Shown here: positions 8,329 to 18,138 of the stretch, one piece after another
Position numbering within the stretch: the first letter of the stretch is position 1
Layout of the letters: the number at the start of each line of letters is the position of its first letter
NCBI RefSeq assembly: GCF_009909105.1
Contig: NZ_JAAAPK010000002.1
Location: forward strand, 541,827 to 605,826
DNA from: Corallococcus exiguus
GTDB taxonomy: Bacteria; Myxococcota; Myxococcia; Myxococcales; Myxococcaceae
Length of the DNA stretch: 64,000 nt
Direction: 5' to 3'
Made by a program: the position numbers and the translations under genes
Notes under the pieces: generated by a model
The model's database searches: none
What the model was told of the DNA's origin: nothing
What the model saw: the letters and a program-made list of their open reading frames with translations, nothing else

Positions 8329-10998
8329 ATGGCGCGTTCACGTCCCGTGGATCCCCCGCTGCGGCGGGATGTCCGGCTCTTGGGCCGGTTGTTGGGTGAG
8401 GTGTTGGTGGAACAGGAGGGGCAGGCCCTGTTCGACAAGGAGGAGGAGGTCCGCCACCTGGCCATCCAGCGGCGGCGGGGCCCGGTGGCCGGACGACGCG
8501 CCGCGGCGGCGGAGCTGGCGGCGGTGTTGCGGCGGCTGCCGTCGGATCAGGTGGAGCCGGTGCTGCGCGCCTTCTCCGTCTACTTCCAGCTGGTGAATCT
8601 GGCGGAGCAGCACCACCGCATCCGCCGCGCGCGGGCCCACGCGAGCCCCACCTCCACCCGGCCCCAGAAGGGGTCGCTGGAGTCGACGCTGCTGGCGCTG
8701 AAGGCCGCGGGCGTCAGCGCCGACAAGGTGCGTGAAACGTTGGGGACGCTGAAGGTGACGCTGACGTTCACCGCGCACCCGACCCAGGCGGTGCGCCGCA
8801 CGCTCTTGGAGAAGCTCTACCGGCTGGCGCAGCTGTTGGAGGAGCGCGACCGGTGCACGCTCACCCCGCGCGAGTCCGCCGCGAACCTCACCGCCATGCG
8901 CGAGGAGATCACGGCGCTGTGGCAGACGGACGAGCTGCGCCGCGAGCGCCCCACCGTGGGCGACGAGGTGAAGAACGTCCACTGGTACGTGGAGGAGATG
9001 CTGTCGGAGCCGGTGGCCCGGCTGCCGGAGGCGCTGGACTGGGCCTTCGAGCGCGCCTACGGCGAGCCCCTGGGCGCGCTGGACACGCCCGTGCGCGTGC
9101 ACTCGTGGGTGGGCGGCGACATGGACGGCAACCCGCTGGTGACGCCGGAGGTGTTCGCGGACACGCTGCGCGCGCACCGCGCCCGGGGCCTGCGGTTGCT
9201 CCTGCGAGACGTGGAGCTGCTGGGCGGGATGCTGTCCCAGTCGGAGCGTCACGCGCGCCCCACGCAGGAGTTGGAGCGCTCGCTGGAGGAGGACGCCAAG
9301 GCGCTGCCGGACGTGGCGAAGCAGCAGGGCCCGCGCACGCTGGGCGAGCCGTGGCGCCGCAAGCTGCGCTTCATGGAGGAGCGGCTTTCATTGGCGCTGG
9401 AGCACGTGCTGGCGCGGCGGCAGGGGCGGGAGTCCACGCTGCCGGCCGAGGCCTACCGTTCGCCGGAGGCGCTGGGGGATGACCTGGCGGTGCTGGAGCG
9501 GTCGCTCTTCGCGGCGCGCGCGGAGCACGCGGGCCTGCGCGAGGTGCGCCGCATGTCCGAGCGCGTCCGCGCGCTGGGCCTGGGCCTGGGGGAGTTGGAG
9601 GTGCGCGCCCCCGCGGAGGACGCGGTGAGCGCGGCGGCGTCCTTCAACGGCGGGCCGGCCCCTACCGAAGGCGGCAAGCGGCTGCTGGAGGTGCTGGCGA
9701 AGCTGCGCGAGGGCCAGGACGAGGGCGGCGAGTCCGTGTGCCGCACGCTCATCCTCTCCATGGCCTCCACCGCGGACGACGTGCTGGCGGCCTTCCAGTG
9801 CCTGAAGCACGCGGGGCTCTGGGACCCGAAGCTCCAGTGCGCCACCGTGGACGTGGCGCCGCTCTTCGAGCAGTTGGGCGCGCTGGACGGCGGCCCGGAC
9901 GTGCTGCGCCAGCTCTTCGCGCATCCGGAGTACCGCCAGCACCTGAAGGGCCGTGGGGTGCAGGAGGTGATGGTGGGCTACAGCGACTCCGGCAAGGAGG
10001 TGGGCCTGCTCGCCGCGAGCGCCGCGCTGTACCGCGCCCAGGTGGCGCTCACGCAGGTGGCGGACGAGAACGACGTGCCCCTGCGCCTGTTCCACGGCCG
10101 AGGGGAGACGGTGGCGCGAGGCGGCGGCCCCGCCCAGACGGCCATCCTCGCGTTGCCGCCGGGCACGGTGGCCGGCGCCTACAAGGCCACCGAACAGGGC
10201 GAGGCGATGGACCACAAGTACGCGCGCCCGGAGCTCACCCAGCGCACGCTGGAGCTGGTGGTGGGCGGCGTGCTGCTGCACACGCTGGACGCGCAGCCGC
10301 GCCCGTCCCCGGAGGATGAGTCCGCCTTCCGCGCCGCCTTCGACGCGCTGGCGGAGTCCGGCCGCAAGGCGTACCGCGGGCTCGTCTGGGAGGACCCGGG
10401 CTTCGTGGAGTTCTTCATGAAGGGCACGCCGGTGGATGAGATTTCCGCGCTGCCCATCGGCTCGCGCCCCAGCAAGCGCAAGGCGGGCGGGCTGGACACG
10501 CTGCGCGCCATCCCCTGGAGCTTCGCGTGGACGCAGACGCGCGCCATCCTCCCGGCCTGGTACGGCGTGGGCAGCGCGCTGGAGGAATACGCGGCCACGC
10601 CGGAGGGCGCGGCGCTCCTGCAGCGCATGTACAAGGAATGGCCCTTCTTCCGCACGGTCATCGACAACGTGACCATGGTGCTGGCCAAGACGGACATGGC
10701 CATCGCGGCGCGGTACGCGAAGCTGGCGCCCGCGTCCACGCGGCCCCTGTGGCTGCGCATCCAGCAGGAGCACTCCCGCACGCGCCGCGCGGTGAAGTCG
10801 CTCACGGGCGAGGCGAAGCTGCTGGACAACAACCCGCAGCTGCAGCGGAGCATCGCGCTGCGCAACCCCTACGTGGACCCCATGTCCTTCCTCCAGGTGG
10901 AGCTGCTCAAGCGCAAGCGGGACGGGGACGCGGAGTGCGACCGGCCGCTCCTCCTGGCGCTCAACGGCATCGCTGCGGGCATGCGGAACACCGGTTAG
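8329..10998 (+). CDS. ppc: Phosphoenolpyruvate carboxylase
   Basis: Canonical PEPC motifs: VGYSDSGKE, FHGRGETVARGGGP and a C-terminal LLALNGIAAGMRNTG. Size 889 aa. Confidence 0.95.
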   Translation: MARSRPVDPPLRRDVRLLGRLLGEVLVEQEGQALFDKEEEVRHLAIQRRRGPVAGRRAAAAELAAVLRRLPSDQVEPVLRAFSVYFQLVNLAEQHHRIRRARAHASPTSTRPQKGSLESTLLALKAAGVSADKVRETLGTLKVTLTFTAHPTQAVRRTLLEKLYRLAQLLEERDRCTLTPRESAANLTAMREEITALWQTDELRRERPTVGDEVKNVHWYVEEMLSEPVARLPEALDWAFERAYGEPLGALDTPVRVHSWVGGDMDGNPLVTPEVFADTLRAHRARGLRLLLRDVELLGGMLSQSERHARPTQELERSLEEDAKALPDVAKQQGPRTLGEPWRRKLRFMEERLSLALEHVLARRQGRESTLPAEAYRSPEALGDDLAVLERSLFAARAEHAGLREVRRMSERVRALGLGLGELEVRAPAEDAVSAAASFNGGPAPTEGGKRLLEVLAKLREGQDEGGESVCRTLILSMASTADDVLAAFQCLKHAGLWDPKLQCATVDVAPLFEQLGALDGGPDVLRQLFAHPEYRQHLKGRGVQEVMVGYSDSGKEVGLLAASAALYRAQVALTQVADENDVPLRLFHGRGETVARGGGPAQTAILALPPGTVAGAYKATEQGEAMDHKYARPELTQRTLELVVGGVLLHTLDAQPRPSPEDESAFRAAFDALAESGRKAYRGLVWEDPGFVEFFMKGTPVDEISALPIGSRPSKRKAGGLDTLRAIPWSFAWTQTRAILPAWYGVGSALEEYAATPEGAALLQRMYKEWPFFRTVIDNVTMVLAKTDMAIAARYAKLAPASTRPLWLRIQQEHSRTRRAVKSLTGEAKLLDNNPQLQRSIALRNPYVDPMSFLQVELLKRKRDGDAECDRPLLLALNGIAAGMRNTG

Positions 10999-11008
10999 AG
11001 AAGAGACC

Positions 11009-11731
11009 ATGGCCCAGGACACTTTCGTCGTGGAGGAGATCAACCCCAAGCACGGCTTCGCGCGCGTGCGCCCGGAAGAGGGGACGGGGTTGCTGCACAC
11101 CGCCCTCTATCCGGATCCGGAGTTCACCCAGGCTCCGCCCTTCCAGCTGCGCAAGGGGGACCGGGTGACGGGCCTTCGCCGGGGAGAGACGGTGTCGGAG
11201 GTGTCCTGGCTCACGCGCGTGGAGCCGCCCTGGGAGGAGGTGGAGCGCGTGGCGGAGCTGCTCGCGCTGCTGGAGCGCTGGGAGATCCGCATCCCCCACG
11301 AGGCCCGCGTCCTGGCCGAGCACGCCTGGCGCGACAGCAAGGACAACCCGCTGCGCGACGAGCTCCAGGCGCAGCTGCCCACCTTCTTCGACCTGGAGGG
11401 CGCCCACCCCTTCGAGGACCCGACGCTGCTGGAGCGCCTGTCCGCCGCCATGCAGCCGTACCTGCCGGGGTTCGTCATCCAGCCGGTGCAGGGCCAGCCC
11501 GCGGTGCGCGTGGAGCCCGGAGCCGTGGAGGTCCAGGCCGGCGTGGGGAGCTGGGACGTGCCCCAGCCCACCTTCGTCCCGATGATCGCGGAGGTGAACG
11601 CGCGGCTCGCCGCCGCCGGAGCCCCCGTGCGCTGGGTGCCCACACGCGAGGACTGGATGCTCGCGCCGCCCGCGCTGGCCGCGCTCCTCCAGAAGCACGG
11701 CCTGCTCGAAGCCACCGCGCCCCCCGCTTGA
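11009..11731 (+). CDS. Hypothetical protein
   Basis: ORF 10 bp downstream of ppc on the same strand, with good codon bias. No recognisable domain. Confidence 0.5.
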   Translation: MAQDTFVVEEINPKHGFARVRPEEGTGLLHTALYPDPEFTQAPPFQLRKGDRVTGLRRGETVSEVSWLTRVEPPWEEVERVAELLALLERWEIRIPHEARVLAEHAWRDSKDNPLRDELQAQLPTFFDLEGAHPFEDPTLLERLSAAMQPYLPGFVIQPVQGQPAVRVEPGAVEVQAGVGSWDVPQPTFVPMIAEVNARLAAAGAPVRWVPTREDWMLAPPALAALLQKHGLLEATAPPA

Positions 11732-11808
11732 GGGAGGGGGCTCCCGCCGCGCTGTGTCACAGGGCGGTGTGAGGTCAAAGCATTGTCTGCTACAGGACGG
11801 AGACCCTC

Positions 11809-13716
11809 ATGCGTCTCCGTCACTTCGCGTCCTTCGTCCTGGGTCTCCTCCTCGCCGGGGCCGGCTGTGAGCCCGCCCCCGAGCGGCGGCTGAATGAGGC
11901 CGAGCTTCCACCGCCCTCCGGGCCTCGCGTCACCATCGACGGGCACGAACCGGACACGCACCGGCTGTTCGGCGCGGTGGCGAGCGACGCCGGGCCGTCA
12001 CGGGTGCAGGTGTACGAGGACGGGCGCTTCCTGGGCCATGCCGACATCGACAGTGGCCGTTGGAGCCTGCCCTGGTGGCCAGGCCGGCGCGCGCTGTCGC
12101 TGGAGGTGGTGGCGCGCGACAGGCAGGGGGCCGAGGCGCGGGCCCGCGTCGACTTCCAGCACCTGACGTTCGACGCGCGGCCCGGGCTCTATCAACCGGA
12201 GACACTGCTGGCGTTGCCCACGGCCCAGGGGTTGCGGACGTACTTCACGCGGGACGGCTCCACGCCCACGCCCGAGTCGTCGCGCTACACGGCCCCCATC
12301 GCGCTGCTGGCGCGCTCCACGCCACCGGCGCGGTGGTCCTTCGTCCCCACGACGCCGCTGGATGCCCCGGAAGTCCTGCGGTGGATCGCGCCGCTGGAGG
12401 AGCCGCCCCAGGTCGCGGTGGTGCGCTACCGGCAGTTCGCGGGCGCGGAGCCGGTGGGCCCGGTCCGCACGCGCACGTTCGTCATTGGCCGGGCGCCGTA
12501 CACGCTGCCGGTGCTGTCGCTCGTCACCGACGCGGCGAACTTCTTCGACCCGGAGACGGGCATCTACGTCCCCGGCCTCGCCGCCGAGGCCCGGCCCGAT
12601 GATCCGCTCGCGGCCAACTACAGGCAGAACGGCAAGGAGTGGGAGCGCCCCGTCCACGTGGAGTGGTTCGAAACCTCCGGCCAGCGCGTGTTCGCCCAGG
12701 ACGCGGGCGTGCGCATCCACGGTTCTGGCAGCGCGGCGTTTCCGCAGAAGAGCCTGCGGCTGTACGCGAAGGAGGACTACGGCCCGAAGACGTTCGCGGG
12801 GCCGGTGTTCCCCGGCTCCCCGGTGACGGAGTTCACCCGGCTGATCGCGCGCACGTCCGGACAGGACCAGGGCGTCACCAAGCTGCGTGACTGCATGCTT
12901 CAGGGCCTGCTGGCCGAGACGCGGCTCGCGATCCAGGCCTGCCGTCCCACGCTCGTGTTCCTCAATGGCGAGTACTGGGGCCTGCACGAGCTGCGCGAGC
13001 GCCTGGACGAGTACTACCTGGCTTCACACTACGGCGTGGACCGGAAGAAGGCGGTCATCCTGGAGAACGCCGGGGTCCTGGACGTGGGGGAGGAGGGAGA
13101 CGAGCAGCCCTATCAGGAGCTCATCGACTACGTGGCGACGCACGACCTGTCGGTGCCGGAGCACTCCGCCTGGGTGCGCGCGCGGATGGACGTGGAGGAC
13201 TTCATCGAATACCAGGTCGCGCAGCTCTACCTGGGCAACTCGGACTGGCCGCGGAACAACGTGAAGTTCTGGCGGCTGCGCACGAAGAAGCTGGAGCCGG
13301 GCGCGGCCCTTGGACACGACGGCCGTTGGCGCTGGCTCGTGTACGACCTGGACGCCGCCCTGTTCCACGGTCCGGACCACGACAGCCTGGGGCGCGTGTT
13401 GGACGAGACGTCGGATGCGGGGGCCTGGTCCACGCTGCTCTTGAGGGGCCTGCTCCAGTCGCCGGAGTTCAAGGCCCGCTTCATCGAGCGCTTCCTCTGG
13501 CACATCGAGCACACCTTCGCCGAGGAGCGGGTGACGGCGGCCCTGGACGCGGCGGCGGAGGCGCTCGAGCTGGAGATGCCCGACCAGGTGGCGCGCTGGA
13601 GCCAGCCGGCCTCCATGGAGGGCTGGCGCGAGAACCTCCTGTTCTTCCGGTCAGCGCTGATCCGGCGGCCGGAGATCATGCGCCAACAGCTGGAGCAGTA
13701 CCTGGGGCCTCAGTAG
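11809..13716 (+). CDS. CotH kinase-family lipoprotein with an N-terminal chitobiase/beta-hexosaminidase C-terminal-like domain
   Basis: Lipobox (LLLAGAGC), a Fn3-like domain (YFTRDGSTPTPESSRYTAPI) and a CotH core (FLNGEYWGLHELRE). Confidence 0.7.
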   Translation: MRLRHFASFVLGLLLAGAGCEPAPERRLNEAELPPPSGPRVTIDGHEPDTHRLFGAVASDAGPSRVQVYEDGRFLGHADIDSGRWSLPWWPGRRALSLEVVARDRQGAEARARVDFQHLTFDARPGLYQPETLLALPTAQGLRTYFTRDGSTPTPESSRYTAPIALLARSTPPARWSFVPTTPLDAPEVLRWIAPLEEPPQVAVVRYRQFAGAEPVGPVRTRTFVIGRAPYTLPVLSLVTDAANFFDPETGIYVPGLAAEARPDDPLAANYRQNGKEWERPVHVEWFETSGQRVFAQDAGVRIHGSGSAAFPQKSLRLYAKEDYGPKTFAGPVFPGSPVTEFTRLIARTSGQDQGVTKLRDCMLQGLLAETRLAIQACRPTLVFLNGEYWGLHELRERLDEYYLASHYGVDRKKAVILENAGVLDVGEEGDEQPYQELIDYVATHDLSVPEHSAWVRARMDVEDFIEYQVAQLYLGNSDWPRNNVKFWRLRTKKLEPGAALGHDGRWRWLVYDLDAALFHGPDHDSLGRVLDETSDAGAWSTLLLRGLLQSPEFKARFIERFLWHIEHTFAEERVTAALDAAAEALELEMPDQVARWSQPASMEGWRENLLFFRSALIRRPEIMRQQLEQYLGPQ

Positions 13717-14063
13717 CCGTAGGAACCGCTGCGCACGTCCACCAGCCGGCCGTCGCGGAAGATGGCCACCTGTATCAACCGGTGGGGCCCGAAGTTGTAG
13801 GTCCACTCCTCCACGGTCGTGGAGGTCGTGACCTCCGTGGAGGCCTCCCCGTAGCGCGTCTCACCCCGCGCCCCTTCCTTGACCTTGTGGGTCACGTACT
13901 CCGTCTTGCTCTGCTTCGTCGCGGGCTGCCCACACTTGGCCAGCGCGTCCAACTGCGAAGCTCCTTCCGACACGATCTTGTTGTCGCAGCGCAGCGCGGA
14001 CGCGTGGACGAGGGAGGGCAGGGCGAGGCCGGCGACGACGAGGGCGGCGGGAAGGGCGCGCAT
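13710..14063 (-). CDS. Small secreted DUF2845-like protein (paralogue A)
   Basis: Signal peptide MRALPAALVVAGLALPSLVHA, followed by a conserved C...KCGxP...WTYNFGP...YGY pattern. The start is chosen at the signal-peptide Met inside the longer ORF. Confidence 0.6.
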   Translation of the reverse strand: MRALPAALVVAGLALPSLVHASALRCDNKIVSEGASQLDALAKCGQPATKQSKTEYVTHKVKEGARGETRYGEASTEVTTSTTVEEWTYNFGPHRLIQVAIFRDGRLVDVRSGSYGY

Positions 14064-14162
14064 GGGGGACGCTCCGAGGAGGAGAAAAGGCAGGGAACAC
14101 GGCCTGGACGTGGCGGCCCCGAAGCTATTCAACCGCCAAGACCAGATCGCGCGGCGCTGGAC

Positions 14163-14516
14163 TCAGTAGCCGTAGCCGCCGCTGCGCACGTCCACCAGCA
14201 GGCCGTCGCGGAAGATGGCCACCTGCAACAGCCGGTTGGGCCCGAAGTTGTAGGTCCACTCCTCCACGGAGGTCGAGGTCGAGAACTCCGTGGAGGAATC
14301 CCCGCGGCGCGACCCGTCCCGTCTGCCTTCCCGGGACTTGTTGGTCACGCGCTCGCGCTTGGTCTCGGTCGACACGGGCTGGCCGCACTTGGCCACCGCG
14401 TCCGCCTGCGACGCCCCCTCCGACACGAGCTTGTTGCCACACCGCAGCGACGCCGCGTGGGCGAGCGAGGGCAGGGCGAGGCAGGCGACGACGAGGGCGG
14501 TGGGAAGGGCGCGCAT
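14163..14516 (-). CDS. Small secreted DUF2845-like protein (paralogue B, tandem duplicate)
   Basis: Roughly 65% identical over the aligned ~140 aa to paralogue A (MRALPTALVVACLALPSLAHA...EEWTYNFGPNRL...SGGYGY). Confidence 0.6.
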   Translation of the reverse strand: MRALPTALVVACLALPSLAHAASLRCGNKLVSEGASQADAVAKCGQPVSTETKRERVTNKSREGRRDGSRRGDSSTEFSTSTSVEEWTYNFGPNRLLQVAIFRDGLLVDVRSGGYGY

Positions 14517-14616
14517 GGGGGAAAGCTCCGGGAGTTGTGAAAGACGGGAACACCGCCTGGACGCAACGGCCGCGAACCTATTCAAACCCTCCGTACGGTT
14601 TCCAGCCGGGCAGGCG

Positions 14617-15894
14617 CTACAGACCGCCCTTCGCCTTGAGGGTCCGCGCCGCCTCGTCCGCCATGACCCGGTGGCCTTCCACGGACGGGTGGATGCCGTC
14701 CACCTCCAGTCCGTCGATGAAGAGGTCCACGTTGCCCGGCTGCCGCGTCACGGCCTCCAGGTCGATGAGCTGCGCGCGCGTCAGGGAGCGCAGCCACGCG
14801 TTGAACTCGTGGCGCTGGGCCTTCATCAGCTCGAAGTCACCGCCGTCCGCGCCCATCTTCTCCTTGGGCAGCAGCGTGCTGACCCACAGCTTGCACATGG
14901 GCTGGAGCTGATCCAGCAGCTGCGTCATGCGCTGCTGCAGCTTCGGCACCGTCATGCCCTCCGCGGCCAGGTCGTTGACGCCCAGCAGGACGACGCAGTC
15001 GGTGACGCCCTGCAGGGAGAGCACCTCCTGCGGCAGCTGGAGGTTCGCGTCCCAGAACCCCTGCCCGGACGCGCCCGAGTTCACCACCGGCACCCCGAGT
15101 TGCTTCTCCACCCGGGACGGCCACGCGTTGCGCGTGTCGTTCCACGTGCCCGTGTAGCCCTCGGTGATGCTGTCTCCAATGGCGACGAAGGCCCGGCCCG
15201 GCGCGCCTTCCACGTCCACCGTCGCAACGCCCGTGGCGTACTCCCAGGTCTGGCCGCCCAGCGCGCCCTGCGTCGTCGCGAAGGCGCCGGTCCTCATCCA
15301 GCTGTCCGGGAACGCCTGGATGCGGCTCTTGCCCAGCGCGCCCTTCACCTCGAAGGAGATGGCCACCTCGTCTCGGAAGCCCACCGGGAAGGCGATGGGA
15401 TCCGACGTCACCAGCGTGCGCGTGCCCGTGGTGAAGCCCGCTTGTCCGCCGAAGGTGAGCGCCACCGGCGCGGAGCCCAGCGCGCCATTGGCGCCGGCCT
15501 TCGCCACCGTGGCCCGCTGCAGCGTCAGGCTGCCGTCGCCGGAGCGGAAGGTGACGCGCACGCGGCTGCCCGCGCGCCCCAGGGGCACCTTGATCCGGTA
15601 CGTGGTGAAGCTCCCCACGGAGACGGATTCGCGCAGCGACTGATGGAAGGCGGGCTGGAACTGAGTGGGCAGGGGCGCCACGGGCGGAGTGGCCTGCACC
15701 TGGTGCCCGTCGTGCAGCGTCAGCGTGGGGGCGGCCTCCACGGACTCCGTGGCGGCGGGCGCGTTCACTTCCGCGTCCGTGCGGCCCGGCCCGGAGGACT
15801 CCTCGGGCGAGCGGCCGTCATCCATGCCTCCACACCCCACCAGCACGCTCAGGGCACCGAAACACCCCCAGCGCAGCGCCATCCTCAGACCCAT
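14617..15894 (-). CDS. SGNH/GDSL-family hydrolase lipoprotein
   Basis: GDSITEG block I, a DGIHP catalytic-His block near the C-terminus and a lipobox (LVGC). The start is uncertain, between 15894 and 15927. Confidence 0.7.
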   Translation of the reverse strand: MGLRMALRWGCFGALSVLVGCGGMDDGRSPEESSGPGRTDAEVNAPAATESVEAAPTLTLHDGHQVQATPPVAPLPTQFQPAFHQSLRESVSVGSFTTYRIKVPLGRAGSRVRVTFRSGDGSLTLQRATVAKAGANGALGSAPVALTFGGQAGFTTGTRTLVTSDPIAFPVGFRDEVAISFEVKGALGKSRIQAFPDSWMRTGAFATTQGALGGQTWEYATGVATVDVEGAPGRAFVAIGDSITEGYTGTWNDTRNAWPSRVEKQLGVPVVNSGASGQGFWDANLQLPQEVLSLQGVTDCVVLLGVNDLAAEGMTVPKLQQRMTQLLDQLQPMCKLWVSTLLPKEKMGADGGDFELMKAQRHEFNAWLRSLTRAQLIDLEAVTRQPGNVDLFIDGLEVDGIHPSVEGHRVMADEAARTLKAKGGL

Positions 15895-16110
15895 GCCCAC
15901 GACCTCCCGGCGCAAGACAATGTGCACGATGTGCCCGCGTGGCGACCCGGGGATTCATGGCGCGAGCCAATCGCCACGGACCGTGAACTTCCAACAGCCG
16001 GGCACGGACGGCGCAGGACTTCCCCCACGAGGTGGCGGGCCGGGCCCCTGGCGGACCCGCGCGCTCGCCACCCCGGGTGGGGACGCTTCCTTCCGTGGGC
16101 AATCCGCTGC

Positions 16111-17004
16111 CTACGGGACGCAGGCCCCCACGTCGCCGTTGTTGTTGTTGATGGCCCGGCAGGTCGCGCCGTTCGCACACCCCGGTGAGCCCGCGGGCAG
16201 GCGGCACAGCGTCCGGCACGTGCCGCTGCCGCCGGTCATCACGCAGGTGCTGCTTTGTGAACACTGGTTGCTGAACTCGCACGCGGCGCCTTCCGGCAGC
16301 GAACCCTGGCCCGCGCACACCGCGCCGTTGGCGGCCGGGTAGCAGGCCAGCGGGCTCTCGCAGTCTTGCGCGAACGGATCGCACCGCGCGGACGCGGGGC
16401 CACACACCAGCGGCAGCTCTCGCGTGCCGTTCAGCCGCAGCACGGTGTTGCACTCGCCGGAGCCACAGTCGGACGGCGCGTGGCACAGCTTGCGGCAGAA
16501 GAAGCCCGTGCCGCCGTCGTCCTGCGACGCGTCCTTGCAGTACAGGCCCGCGGCGCACGTGTCATACGTCTGGCCCGGAGGCGACTCGGCCAGCGTGCAC
16601 GGCGCGCCCTCCGTGGCGGTGCCCGCGGCGACGCACTGGCGCGCGGTGGTGCCTCCGTCCGTTCCCACGTAGGTGCACCGCTGTCCGGACGGACAGTCCT
16701 GGCGAACCACGTCGCACGCGGCCGCGAAGCACTGACTGCCCGTGCCGCCATCCGCCAGGTCCGTGTAGAGACAGCTCTGGCCCGCGGCACAGCCCTCCTG
16801 CTTCGCCACGTTGCACGCGAAGTCGGAGCTTCCACCGCCGCCGCCATCGCCAGCATCGACAGTCCCGGAATCTCCGCCATTGGTCCCGGAATCCAGGGAC
16901 GTGCCCCCATCCGTTGGCGGGCGGACAGTTTCTCCGTCATCGCAGCCCGCCACCCACAGCCCCAACATCAGGGCTCCACCCAACAACACGAGACGTGCAC
17001 TCAT
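16111..17004 (-). CDS. Cysteine-rich secreted lipoprotein (myxobacterial Cys-rich repeat type)
   Basis: Lipobox (LGLWVAGC) and more than 30 Cys arranged in repeated C-x-G-x-C modules. Confidence 0.65.
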   Translation of the reverse strand: MSARLVLLGGALMLGLWVAGCDDGETVRPPTDGGTSLDSGTNGGDSGTVDAGDGGGGGSSDFACNVAKQEGCAAGQSCLYTDLADGGTGSQCFAAACDVVRQDCPSGQRCTYVGTDGGTTARQCVAAGTATEGAPCTLAESPPGQTYDTCAAGLYCKDASQDDGGTGFFCRKLCHAPSDCGSGECNTVLRLNGTRELPLVCGPASARCDPFAQDCESPLACYPAANGAVCAGQGSLPEGAACEFSNQCSQSSTCVMTGGSGTCRTLCRLPAGSPGCANGATCRAINNNNGDVGACVP

Positions 17005-17131
17005 CCGGAAACTCCTGGCTTCGAAGTAGCCTGGGACTTACACGAGCCATTCCGTTGTCCGTGGGCCCTTGAACCGGGCCTGGAAACCAGCCGACACTTC
17101 CGGTCCGAGAACCGAGGGGGTCAGGGTGCGC

Positions 17132-17488
17132 ATGAACACGAAGTTGGATGGGCCGGTGGAGCCAGACCCGTACATGAACCGTCGCGCCGAGGAGCGCGTG
17201 GCGGCGCGGTTCGAAGTGCGCTTCGAGCAGATGGAGGACGCGGCGCGCGCGCTGCGGGCCTACTCGCTGAATGTGTCCGCTGGCGGTCTGTGCCTGCGCA
17301 CGCGCAAGTCCTACGACGTGGGCGCGCAGGTGCGGTTGGCCATGGTCATCGACGGGGAGGACTTCCACCTCACCGCCGTCGTCGCCTGGGTGCGCGACGA
17401 GGCGGAGGCCATCGGCGTGCGCTTCATCGACGTGAGCGAAGAGGACCACGAGCGCCTGCGCCGCGTCATCGCGAGCTTCAAGCGCTGA
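17132..17488 (+). CDS. PilZ domain protein (putative c-di-GMP receptor)
   Basis: RxxxR (RRAEER) and N/DxSxGG (NVSAGG) PilZ signature motifs. The start is chosen at MNTKLDG. Confidence 0.6.
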   Translation: MNTKLDGPVEPDPYMNRRAEERVAARFEVRFEQMEDAARALRAYSLNVSAGGLCLRTRKSYDVGAQVRLAMVIDGEDFHLTAVVAWVRDEAEAIGVRFIDVSEEDHERLRRVIASFKR

Positions 17489-17547
17489 AACGCTTCACTC
17501 CGCGAAGGAGCCCGGCCAGGACGCCGGGCCCTCGCGGACGCTTCCCG

Positions 17548-18018
17548 CTACCGCTGGGGCTGCTCGTACTCCGCGTGGCGGAACACCCCGGAGTCACCTT
17601 CCACGTAGCCGCACGCCCGGTAGAAGGCGCGCGTCTCCTCGGTGACGTTGATGGGGGCGATGAGCTGCAGCTGCTTCACGCTCAGCACCTTGCCCCGTTG
17701 GGCCACCTGCGCGAGCAGCGCGCGGCCCACGCCCCGGCGGCGCCAGCCCTCGGACACCACCAGCTCGTCCACGGTGGCCACGCGCCCGCGCAGCCGCAGC
17801 TGCGGCCGGTGGGAGAAGGACACCATTCCCACCGCGCGGTCCTGGGGGTCTCCCGCGACGAAGATTTCAATCTCCGGATGGCTGATGACCCAGTGCACCG
17901 TCTGCTGATCGGTGCCCTGGGGGTAGCCCAGCTCGCGCAGCAGCTGGGCCATGACCTCGGCGTCACCGCGACGCGCGCGGCGGATGCGGAAGGCGTTGGC
18001 GTCTGGGGCGGGGGTCAT
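17548..18018 (-). CDS. GNAT-family N-acetyltransferase
   Basis: Acetyl-CoA binding motif (VVSEGWRRRGVGRALL). Confidence 0.7.
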   Translation of the reverse strand: MTPAPDANAFRIRRARRGDAEVMAQLLRELGYPQGTDQQTVHWVISHPEIEIFVAGDPQDRAVGMVSFSHRPQLRLRGRVATVDELVVSEGWRRRGVGRALLAQVAQRGKVLSVKQLQLIAPINVTEETRAFYRACGYVEGDSGVFRHAEYEQPQR

Positions 18019-18138
18019 GGTGCGGACGATGGGCTGGGACACGGAAGTTGGGATTCTAACGACTGGGCCGCCGGCCTCCAAAGAGGAACGGCGGCCCGGA
18101 TGTCTTTCTGCGGTGTAGGCGGAAACCCGGGCCAGCGC

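Noticed and set aside
9388-11100. 570-aa minus-strand ORF antisense to ppc
   Set aside because: The plus-strand frame is an unambiguous PEP carboxylase. The antisense ORF is a GC-frame artefact.
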